DNA of 59,308 nucleotides, filler included, from Sphacelaria rigidula (taxonomy: Eukaryota): assembly GCA_964200075.2 (NCBI GenBank). It is 9 parts of 9 records of this genome, joined end to end, with 100 filler letters (N's around TTAATTAATTAA, not from the genome) between each part and the next. Parts side by side here need not be neighbours in the genome. Positions count along the whole stretch, not along the records: positions 26,407 to 32,907 come from CAXNAA020019708.1; positions 33,008 to 39,508 come from CAXNAA020019709.1; 7 more parts are not named here. One strand, 5' to 3'. The position numbers and the translations under genes are program-made. Within the stretch, counting starts at the first letter, position 1, and the number at the start of each line of letters is the position of its first letter. The notes beneath the pieces are model-generated. The model had not been told where the DNA came from and did not search any database. It saw only the letters and a list, made by a program, of their open reading frames with translations. Below, piece after piece: positions 26,407 to 36,059 of the stretch.

Positions 26407-27100
26407 GGCAGCTTGTGGTGCAAACCTACCAACTCGCCCACAAATCGATCATCGGCAAAAAACATCAGCTTGTGAGGCCAAGCTGCCAAATCGCCCACAA
26501 ATCGATCATCGGCACAAAAAGGCAGCTTGTGGTGCAAACCTACCAACTCGCCCACGAATCGATCATCGGCGAAAAATGGCAGCTCGTGGTGTAAACCTGC
26601 CAAATCGCCCACATATCGATCATCGGCAAAAAACATCAGCTTGTGGTGTAAACCTGCCAAATCGCCCACATATCGATCATCGGCACAAGACGTCAGCTTG
26701 TGGTGCACAGCTGCCATATTTTGCCCACATATCGATCATCGGCAAAAAATGTCAGCTCGTGGGGCAAACTGCCAAATCGCCCACAAATCGATCATCGGCG
26801 AAAAATGGCAGCTCGTGCTGCAAACCTACCAAATCGCCCACGTATCGATCATCGGCGAAAAATGGCAGCTCGTGGGGTAAACCTACCAACTCGCCCACAA
26901 ATCGATCATCGGCAAAAAATGCCAGCTCGTGGTGCAAACTGCCAAATCGCCCACAAATCGACCATCGGCAAAAAAAGGCAGCTTGTGGTGCAAACTGCCA
27001 ACTCGCCCACACATCGATCATCGGCAAAAAATGTCAACTCGTGGTGCAAACTGCCAAATCGCCCACATATCGATCATCGGCAAAAAACATCAGCTTGTGG
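26407..27100. repeat. Tandem array of ~57-bp units (at least 12 copies, truncated by contig start)
   Basis: Unit starts at 26407, 26464, 26521, 26578, 26635, 26692, 26751, 26807, 26864, 26921, 26977, 27033, 27089. Consensus GGCAGCT(T/C)GTGGTG(C/T)AAA(C)CT(A/G)CCAA(A/C)TCGCCCACA(A/T)ATCGATCATCGGCAAAAAAN. Confidence 0.97.
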
Positions 27101-27164
27101 ACGCCCACGGCAGCCACCTGTCATCAATACAGGCAGTCAACAACTCAATAAATGTTTTATGTAG

Positions 27165-27195
27165 GAACCAATCAATCGATCGTTAACCAATCGCG
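27165..27195 (+). promoter_or_regulatory. Paired CCAAT boxes upstream of the 27294 ORF
   Basis: AACCAATCAATCGATCGTTAACCAATCG, followed by a C-rich leader ~100 bp before the ATG. Confidence 0.3.
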
Positions 27196-27293
27196 CAACA
27201 GCCCTCCCCGTGCTCACGCTTCCCCCACCACACCCACTCCGCCCACCCTTTCCCACTCTGATCACTCCCCACTCCGCACACTCCGCACCAACA

Positions 27294-27704
27294 ATGAGCT
27301 CCAACGATGACTACACGACGCCAACAAAAACGAGGAAGCCATCTCCCCCGGCTGCTCCCGCCAGGAAGAGGCTGAAGAAGACGTTGGCACCAACTGAAGA
27401 TGCTCTACTTCTGGTTTACATCAACGACGATGGACAGTTGGTCAACTATTCAAGCAACCACACCGTGTTGTCCGGGATTAAGGGACACCACGATAATATA
27501 GAGTTTTTGTCGGATGAGCTTTTCGAGGGCGTGCTCGGCGTCGTTGGTGGCAACGGATATTCTTCTGTCAGCCGCGACATGTATTTCGAAGACGAGATCG
27601 AGGAGCTTAAGAAAAAGGCTTTGATCAAGCTGTTTGGGCAAGAGGTTCACGGCGGCGGGGAGGCGCAGGCCGGCGAAGTGTTCCGGGGAACGATGGTGAT
27701 CTAG
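27294..27704 (+). CDS. Intronless hypothetical protein (136 aa), putative viral; basic NLS-like N-terminus
   Basis: ACAATG start, uninterrupted ORF MSSNDDYTTPTKTRKPSPPAAPARKRLKK...GEVFRGTMVI*. Natural amino-acid composition; converges on the next gene 73 bp away. Confidence 0.7.
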   Translation: MSSNDDYTTPTKTRKPSPPAAPARKRLKKTLAPTEDALLLVYINDDGQLVNYSSNHTVLSGIKGHHDNIEFLSDELFEGVLGVVGGNGYSSVSRDMYFEDEIEELKKKALIKLFGQEVHGGGEAQAGEVFRGTMVI

Positions 27705-27777
27705 GCGTTTTTTAAAAACGCACCCCGGGGTTTTGTAGAGATATGCATTTTTTTGGCGACATGATGGCTCTTAATCA

Positions 27778-28362
27778 TTATAATCCGTCCCAGCAACCAC
27801 ATGCACGCAGCGGCACGCAACAGACACACAACATTCCGATGGCAACGGCCAACATGTACCCGAATGTGGCAAGCGCTCGTGCATCTGCGTGAAGCCTCAC
27901 ACAAGATGCTAAATAATCCTCGTGTAGAACAATCATCGACGCACAGTCGCTATACCCGCTACTATCCATCACGTAACGCATCTCCCAACCGAGCGACGGC
28001 GAGTTCCTCGGATGAGAATCACAGACGGAGTCTGTTTCATAAAAGTCCGTGCTTTCGATGATAGCAATTGCGACGTTCTCCGGCACGTAGTCCCAACACT
28101 TTTTTCCTATCGGATACCGAACGGCCAAAGTGACACCTAGTGTAAAAATCTGAGACATGTACGACACAGTCCTCAGATCTGTGTCGATGTGCACTTGGCA
28201 CTCGCCCGAAGTCGTGTTCCAAATCTGAGCGCTGTCTCTTGAAGAACAAACCGCCAGGTCATCCCATTCGTGGGCGAAGTCCGTGCAGATTGTTCCACAT
28301 GGAGTCCCGGAGGCGGAAGCCACGCAGAAGAGAAGAACTGTGCCGAAGAAAAACGATTTCAT
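27778..28362 (-). CDS. Intronless Cys-rich type I membrane (glyco)protein, 194 aa, putative viral
   Basis: Signal peptide MKSFFFGTVLLFCVASASG; Cys-rich ectodomain with an NTT sequon; C-terminal hydrophobic segment ALATFGYMLAVAIGMLCVCCV; ends TAA TGA. Confidence 0.75.
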   Translation of the reverse strand: MKSFFFGTVLLFCVASASGTPCGTICTDFAHEWDDLAVCSSRDSAQIWNTTSGECQVHIDTDLRTVSYMSQIFTLGVTLAVRYPIGKKCWDYVPENVAIAIIESTDFYETDSVCDSHPRNSPSLGWEMRYVMDSSGYSDCASMIVLHEDYLASCVRLHADARALATFGYMLAVAIGMLCVCCVPLRACGCWDGL

Positions 28363-28451
28363 GGTTGAAGCAATGTTTGATGCTCTGTTGTACCAAAGCT
28401 TGTGTCAACGTTTCCATGTAATTTCTGACATTTTCAGCGTTTATTTTGTAG

Positions 28452-31400
28452 ATGTTTATGTACATGATGCATTCAAAGGTTGTTCTTGTTGTCGCCTTAG
28501 TCGTCGTGGGGGCGATCCTTTTCGCAACTACCAGAAAAGGTGACGCCACGAACGAGGCCCCCCAGAAAACATGGGTAAGTCGAGACGAGATAGCTCTGAC
28601 AGCAAATGCCATCATCGGCGAGTTGGACGAGGAGGCCATGGAGGCCCTGCCGTCAGATCTGAAGCCCAACACCGACGTCCTCTCTCTTACGGATGCGGAG
28701 AAGACATAACTTTTCGCCATCCTCAACAGCGTGAACGACAGCGGCGTCTTGGGCGCATTGGGTTCAGCCAGCCCCCTTGGTTCATCGGCGATGACGGAGC
28801 TCGTGAAAACCAAAAGTCACATCACGGACAAGATTCGTCGATACGAAGCTCGCATGACATCCCTGAAAAAGCAAATCAACGAGACGAAAGATTTCAAAAG
28901 GAAAGTACAGCTCGCCGCCGAAGTTAAAAAAACAGAGGGCGTTATCAGCCGCAACAAGGCCGCCCTGCAAAGTACCAACAAAAAAATTGAACCACTGAAA
29001 GCGAGTCAGAAAAAAACACAGAAGACTGCTCCTACGAAAGCTCTTGTGCAAGTCGTTATGGCTGGAGGATCTGACGCGAAAGTCAAGTCCCTGATGGATC
29101 AGGCGAAAGAACTGGAAGCCAAGTATGACTCCTTGCTTACGAAACGTGCAACCCTGCACAAACAAGCTGACGACTTGGAGAAAAAAGCCATGACGGAGCT
29201 CGTGAAAACAAGGAATCATATCACAGACAAGATTCGTCGATACGAAAATCACATGAAAAAAGCAAGGTCTGTCGCGGAAATAAAAAAAGCAGCGGGCGTT
29301 GTTAGCCGCAACAAAGCTGCTCTTAAGATTACCATAAAAAGATTGACGAAGTGGAAGCGGAAAAGATGAGTTCTGAAAAAACATTTCAGACTACGAAAAG
29401 ACTGATCGATAGCGTTGTCAAGTCGAGCAAAATGATTCAGGGCAAGATTGAAGCTGAAAAGAGGAGGATTGCTGATGAAAAAAAGCAAGCTTCGGCAAAG
29501 GCGCGAAAGGCGGAGCAGGCTAAACAAAAGGAGGTGGTCGCCAAAAAGCTATTGAAAATGAGCGAAGTAATAGCTGCTGCGAAAAAAGCTGAAGCAAGAA
29601 AAGCAAAATTGGTACTCGAACGACAAGCCCCGGAGGCAAAGCGGCGCGCCAAGAAGGCACAAGAGCTGGCACTCGCGCAAAAAGCACACAACGAAAAGGT
29701 GGCCGAAGCCGACCGTGCTCGCAGGCAATTTGAGGAAGCTCGGGCAAAAAAGGAGGCCGATGCGCTCGCGAAGAGAAATGCCGAACTTCGACGTAGGAAA
29801 GATCAGCTCAATCATGAGGCTGCGCTTGCTAAAGCGGCGATCGACGCCAAGCGCAACGAGGAAAAAAGACGCGCGGAAGCTGCAAAGGCTAGGATGAAAG
29901 CGAAAGAGGCAAAGCTAAAAGAAAAGGCGGCACAGGCGTTAGAGAAGGCAGAGAAAATCAAGTCTGAAGGGCTGCGCAAAAGAGTGCAGGATGCTATCCG
30001 GAAAAAAGCTGCTGATCAACAAAAGTAACGACAGGAGGCTGCCAAGAAGATGGCAGACATCGCTCTGCAGATGCAGAAAAGTCTCCATGAAAGGAGCGAA
30101 GGCTGATGGAGAAACAGCAGAAAGATGCCGCCGATTTTCGTCGCAAGCAGCAGGAGATGGCGAGGCTCGAGGAGATGGCGAAGGCGAGAGCCAAAGACCA
30201 AGCCGCAAAAGCTGCACAAGCGGCCGCTGATCAGAAGCAACGCGAGCTTGACCAGAAGAAGCATGACCAGCAAGCCCGTGCCTTGAGACAGAAACAGTTG
30301 GATCTGGAGAGGGAGAAAGAGGCGAAAAGGGTCAAGGCGACCGCCGCCCTTGATAAAGCGAAGAGAGACGCGGTTGCTAAGAAGGCCGACGCGGAAAAGA
30401 AGCGTCGCGAGCATATGGAAGCCCGAGCTCGCTTGCTCAGGCACAAGACCGAAGAAGCTGAGAAGGCGAAGAAAAAGCAAGTCTCCGAACTGGAAAAGGG
30501 TATCGAGAAAATTGCTGGAATGAGCACTGATTCTGTCGACCTTTCCGGTCTGGATAGGGCCGTTCTTTTGGAGCTGGAGGTTTTCATCAAAGCTTCCGGC
30601 GGACATCGTATTCTACCAGCCATTGTCAAGATGATCGAACTCAAGTCCAAGAAAGAAGAGGAAAAAGAGGCGCAGAACGTCGACGCCGCCGCCGACGACG
30701 AAGAGAAGCCGATGACGGACGAGAAAATCCACGATGACTTTTTGAACAACGTCAGGAGGATCACGGGGATTGAAAAATATGGCCTTGGGAGCATGATTGC
30801 ACTGGACATGGATGTGTTGGAAGAATTGTTGGCATACACCAAAACCCTGACGACCGGGCGGTTGGCTGGATTTGCTCAAGATGTGAAAGGATTTATTTTC
30901 TGGAAGAAATTAATCACCGTCGGCAAACAATGCGGTGTCATGATCATTCCCGGTTTCAAGCCGGAAAGAGTGGACTGGTCTGGCGTGGACGTCATGGGTA
31001 TGGACAAGATTATCGAGTTCTTGAAATCTGAACCACGCTTCGGCGAACGTTGGCTCAACGTAATCCAGGTAGTCCGCCAGAGCAAGGTGGTGGAGCTTGC
31101 CGCACAAAGGGAAGCGGCCGAGGAAGCACTTGCCACAAAGCAGGCGGCGGAGTAGGAAGCAATCGAGAAAGCTCGCGTTGCCCAGGCGGAGAAGGACCTC
31201 GAGGAGGCTGCCGTGAAACTTGAGCAGGATGGCAAAAAGCTGGACACCGAGATAGCCAAGGTGGACCAGGCCGTCTCCGCCGATAAAGAACGCGTGGTTA
31301 CCGAGCATCAGAAAGATGTGAAAACCATCGAGCGCGAGCACGAGAAAGAGAAACAAGTTATGATCGAAGAAATGAGGAAGGGACTGAAGGAGGTTGTGGA

Positions 31401-32304
31401 AGAGGTCGCCGTTGAGTCCCGTGAACGAATCGAAGAGGCCGATGCTGCGCGTGAGAGCAAGCTCGTGGAAATGAAACAGGAACAGGCCGAGGTGGAAAAT
31501 GAGTAGAGTGCCGAAGCGATCGAAGCCGCTGTCGTCATTCAAGTCGAGATGTCGACCACTCAAGACCAGGCCGTTGCCGAAGCACTTCGGCAAAAGCTTC
31601 GCGAAGATCAAGAGGATCGAGCCAGGGCTCTGGAGGATACGAGAAATGCCCATGTTCTTGAACAAGAGGCCGTGGTCGAAGAGACCAGAGTCCTTTAAGA
31701 AGAGATTGAGAAAAGCATCGCGTCTAAGATCAAGGAAGAGAGTACGGTTGCCCAAGAAAAGTTGGAGTCTGTCGTTGAAACCATAGAAGAAGAAAAGCAA
31801 GACTTGATTGAAAAGAAAGAAAAGGTTCAGGAGATCGAGTTGGAGAAGGTAGACCTCGAGGGTAATATCCAGACCGACCTTCTGGAACAAGATAAACGCA
31901 ATGTCGAAGAGGAGAAGAAAATCGTCGAAGAAACTACCGCCGACGATGTAGTGGACGAGGCCGTTCATCCTCGCTCGTCCAAGGAAGATGGAGTCACGGT
32001 GTCGAGGAAATAGAACCCGAATGGGTCAGTCTTCATTAAAATAAGTGTACCTAGTGATATGTCTCCCGGTGAATCCGATACTGTTTCTGTTTTCTTGTCG
32101 AAGGAGGCGGGAGTACTGTTGGAACAGTACCACCAGATTTACAAGAATATTGGGGGAGACGGTTCCCTTGAGGCCGTGTCCGCCGACGAAAAGAAAGTGT
32201 TGGCTTCGGCGGGCGCCGAGTTTGAAAGGATTAGGGAGCAGTACGTTCAGCAGAGAAAGCAGAAGGTGTTGGAACGTCGCGAACAGTTGGTGGCTCGATT
32301 TTAA
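28452..32304 (+). pseudogene. Disrupted ~1,280-codon intronless gene: N-terminal membrane anchor plus long K/E/A-rich coiled coil, putative viral
   Basis: Seven track ORFs join into one reading path. In-frame stops: TAA 28707, TAA 30026, TAG 31153, TAG 31504, TAA 31696, TAG 32011. One-base deletions in A-runs near 29336 and 30090. N-terminus SKVVLVVALVVVGAILFATTRK; final TAA 32302-32304. Confidence 0.85.
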
Positions 32305-32340
32305 GACAAAATATAATGTTGATGTAATACGAGACGAATT

Positions 32341-32865
32341 ATGCCTACTCCATGTGCTGCACCAACGTGCCACCGGACTCGACCAAGACAAAGGCCCGGA
32401 CGGAGGACCCTACCAGGAAAATGCGTAAGACCGAACCCCTGGAATGCCTTCCGGACGCGCGTCAGCGGTCAGGGACGTTCGAAGGACGAAATGTCGCTCA
32501 TGTACAACACGTGGAAGCAAGACTGGTTGATCGCACACCCCGGTTTGAGTCGCTCTGACGCGAGGGCCGCAATGAATGCAACATTGTGCGAACAAATCGA
32601 CGAAGCCAATCGTCGTATGGCAGAGCCGCGAAGGCGCGCACCTCTTTTGACCGCAAGTAGAGACGATCGACGCAGGCGAGCCCGCGAAAGGGCCCGCGGG
32701 AACAGGCCGGGAAGGTTTTTTGCTAAAAAAGACATTCCTGACGGCTGGTCGCTGAATGCTCACGTGTCAGCAATGAGTTTCCCGTTCATGTTTGAGCATC
32801 GACCTAGGTCGGGAGGCCTGTTGTCAAACACGAGCAAACAGCAAATTGTGAGGATTGAGGTTTAA
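32341..32865 (+). CDS. Intronless Arg-rich protein with HMG-box-like helix motif, putative viral DNA-binding protein (3' end possibly disrupted)
   Basis: Starts 36 bp after the previous gene. Contains RPNPWNAFRTRVSGQGRSKDEMSLMYNTWKQDW and an Arg-rich tract; coding-like codons continue past TAA to the contig end. Confidence 0.6.
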   Translation: MPTPCAAPTCHRTRPRQRPGRRTLPGKCVRPNPWNAFRTRVSGQGRSKDEMSLMYNTWKQDWLIAHPGLSRSDARAAMNATLCEQIDEANRRMAEPRRRAPLLTASRDDRRRRARERARGNRPGRFFAKKDIPDGWSLNAHVSAMSFPFMFEHRPRSGGLLSNTSKQQIVRIEV

Positions 32866-33710
32866 CTCTGAATTGAGGCTCAAGTGGGCAACCCAACTTG
32901 CGAACTGNNNNNNNNNNNNNNNNNNNNNNNNNNNNNNNNNNNNNNNNNNNNTTAATTAATTAANNNNNNNNNNNNNNNNNNNNNNNNNNNNNNNNNNNNN
33001 NNNNNNNAACCCGGCGGGGTCCGTCTCACCCTTGTAGGGATGGGAGGTCAATGGGCTTACGACTATGGCAAGCATGATCATGAGTACCCCCCCCCCCCCC
33101 CCCTCCCCTCCTTCCTGCAGAAACATAGAGCAAAGCGAGACGTGCAGCAATTGACAACGATTACACCCTATAAGAGGGTGGTTTCAGCTTCAGTGTACCC
33201 TCTCCCCCCCATTGGGAGTCAGCGATAGAGCGAGACACTCGTGGCTACTCTCAATGTAGCACCCCCTTGCTCGTGACGTAGGTCGGATCAGCAGACGGTC
33301 TTGGCGTCGCCACGCCTTCTCGACTCCTCCGTCCCCTCCTCCGCTCTCATGTTCCATCTGCCTACATTCAGTGGTCGTGACGCAAGATTCGGAATATTTG
33401 ACCTCAACACCGTACAATACACCCACTCACCACTCTGTTCGTTCTTCCTCGAGTAATATACCCCCTAGGGCCCGAATATTCTTCTGGAGGCGACCCTCTC
33501 AGTATCTAGAGGATCGGACACGTTTCCTTAGCCTCGTGTGAAGAAAACCGCCGCAACATGGTGCGCTTGGGGCCACGCGTTTCGTACTGGCGGAGGAAGA
33601 CCCCCGCGAAGCAGAATTGGCGCCGGCGGAGGATCGTCTCGATACGTTCGCATCTGACAGCTGCGTCACTTCAACAACTGTACTGTGCTGTGTTGGAGCT
33701 GAGAGGCTTA

Positions 33711-34180
33711 GGACACTTCTTATGTATCAGAATATAAACGGTTGAAGAGTGCAGTTTCGGCCCTTCTCCGTCGAGTTTCGCCCGAAAAGAGGGCTAGGCG
33801 GATGTTGACACCTTGGAATGACTTGCTCCACACGCTGAGACCGTTCCAGAGCACCTTTGCGTTTTCCGTAGGTCACAGTTTCGTCTTTGGCCAAACTTGC
33901 ATTTTCAATGACAAACGGTCAAAAGTTATCGAAAAACAGGGGGGAAACTGACATTTTTTTTTATTACTTGACCGTTTGTTATTGAAAGTGCAAGTTTGGC
34001 CAAAAACGAAACTGAACTGCGGGAAACGCAAAGGTGCTCTGATACCGTCTCAGCGAGTAGAGCAACTTATTCCAAGGTGTCAACATCCACCTAGCCCTCT
34101 TTTCGGGGGGAAACCGACGGAGGAGGGTCAAAAATGAACTTTTCAACAAGTTTCATTTTTTTTATACATAAGAAGTAGCC
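33711..34180. mobile_element. Harbinger/PIF-like foldback MITE (470 bp, ~220-bp inverted arms)
   Basis: TTA|GGACACTTCTTATGTAT ... ATACATAAGAAGTAGCC|TTA. The arms are complementary over nearly the whole length. Confidence 0.88.
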
Positions 34181-34183
34181 TTA

Positions 34184-34654
34184 GGCCACTTCTTATGTAT
34201 GCGAAATAAATCTGGTTGAAAAGTGCAGTTTCGACCCTTCTCCGTTGATTTTCGCCCGAAAAGAGGGCTGGGCGGATGTTGACACCTTGGAATGACTTGC
34301 TCTACTCGCCGAGACCGTTCCAGAGCACCTTTGCATCTTCCGCAGGCCACAGTTTCGTTTTTGGCCAAACTTGCATTTTCAATAAAAAAACGGTCAAGTT
34401 ATAAAAAAAGTGGGTGTTCTCCCCCCATTTTTTTAATAGCTTGACCGTTTGTTATTGAAAATGCAAGTTTGGCCAAAAACGAAACTGTGACCTGCGGAAA
34501 ACGTAGAGGTGCTCTGGAACGGTCTCAACGAGTAGAGCAAGTCATTCCTAGGTGTCAACTTCCGCCTAGCCCCCTCTTCGGGCGAAAACCGATGGAGAAG
34601 GGTAAAAATTGCACTTCTCAACAAGATGTTTTCCCTTGTACATGAGGAGTGGCC
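34184..34654. mobile_element. Second Harbinger/PIF-like foldback MITE, directly abutting the first
   Basis: TTA|GGCCACTTCTTATGTA ... TACATGAGGAGTGGCC|TTA. It shares the TTA at 34181-34183 with the previous copy. Confidence 0.88.
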
Positions 34655-35454
34655 TTAGATGACATTTGAATATCATTCAAAGCGGTGAGCGACTTCAAAA
34701 CCATTCACCTGTAGCATGCAGTATAGAAGAGACTCTCCGTGAGCAGCAGAGAATGGGAACAAGGAAGCCAAGGCTGGCAGTACATGGGGATAAGAGCGCA
34801 AAACTACTCGCGTCCGGGCCGACAAACACGCATGCAGTCAAACAGCAAGCCAGGGTGTATTCCGTATTTTGCGGCCGCGGTTCACCGTTCGATATTTTTG
34901 TTTTCGCATGTGCGATGAAACGACAAAGCTTGGCATGTGTCCACTTCGTCACTTCGAGGTGTGGTGAACATGTGCTGCATCATGTTCAAGACGCTTTTCA
35001 CCATACAGTTGGCAATTGGCAACTGGGATTTGGCGTTCGGCAGTTCCGCATCAAGCGTCCCGCCGTACACGTTTGTCACAACTCTTTCTTTTTTTTCTTT
35101 CCATTTTCCTCATTGGACGGACCAGCCGTCGATCTACACGCTACGGTCGATTAAAACGGTAAACTGCAGAACCAAGATGTACAAACGAAGCAGACGGAGA
35201 AAAAAAAAAGAAAACAACTGAAGTAGTCAGCTAGTGACTGGACCAAGACAAAAACCAGTTCTTCATGTGCTATGGTACGACCACAGAACACCAGTCCTAT
35301 GCTGTGCAAGTCGACCGAAACACGGAAGACGAAGGATGAAGCTATGCACCGCTGGGTCACCCGTCATTTGTTTTACGCAAAAACAATTTCCGTCGACGCC
35401 TTCGAAGCACCCTCCGTCTCAAGTGATACCCCATTCTCCTCTGTAACTACTGTA

Positions 35455-35819
35455 GTGTGTATGTTATCATCCCCTTTATTCTAGACGCCGGTCTAAACCT
35501 TTCGGTATTTGTGGGCGCACCAACCGGGGTCACACACGAGGAAGATCAACGTCGGGTTTTTTTCTTTTCTGTTTGTTTTGGTTCTCCACCCTTCCTCTGC
35601 GGTGCTTGCCTTTATTTCTTTATGGTGAGAGGGGTTCCGCGGTCCCTTTCCCTCGTCGACCATAGAGTCGAATTTTGTGTACGCACGATATTACAGTATC
35701 GCTCTCCACTGTTGGGCACTGTGTGAAAAAAAATCTCAGATCGCTCCGAGATTTGAACCCATAGCCCAACCGTGAGAAGGTGTTTCGAGGTTCCGAACTT
35801 AGCCACCGGGGCGACCGGC
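35455..35819 (-). mobile_element. tRNA-derived SINE, full-length copy
   Basis: Head GCCGGTCGCCCCGGTGGCTAAGTTCGG ... GGGTTCAAATCTC; collinear with 7668-8037. Confidence 0.85.
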
Positions 35820-36059
35820 GTCGTAGAGAGCAGGCCTCAATCAGATAATCAAACTGTACGTATATAATGGTGTAATAATCTTTGTTGTAAAGTCACTATA
35901 CTAAAATTGGTTTACAAATAGCCGGTAACGGCAAAGCTCAATCAAAGTGCATAAACTGGCGCCCTCGTCGCCAGTTCCTGTTTAACCCGAGTTCGAGTTT
36001 AATCGGCAGTATAGGGTGACCCAGTTCACAGCCCTACCCCTGCTGCGTCGGCCGAAGAG

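Noticed and set aside
26407..27100. CRISPR array
   Set aside because: Units repeat end-to-end with no unique spacers, there are no cas genes, and the context is eukaryotic or viral.
28782..31968. Long minus-strand ORFs (28782-29384, 30016-30606, 30231-30842, 30910-31968)
   Set aside because: Antisense shadows of the K/E/A-rich plus-strand gene, with F/L/S-rich unnatural composition.
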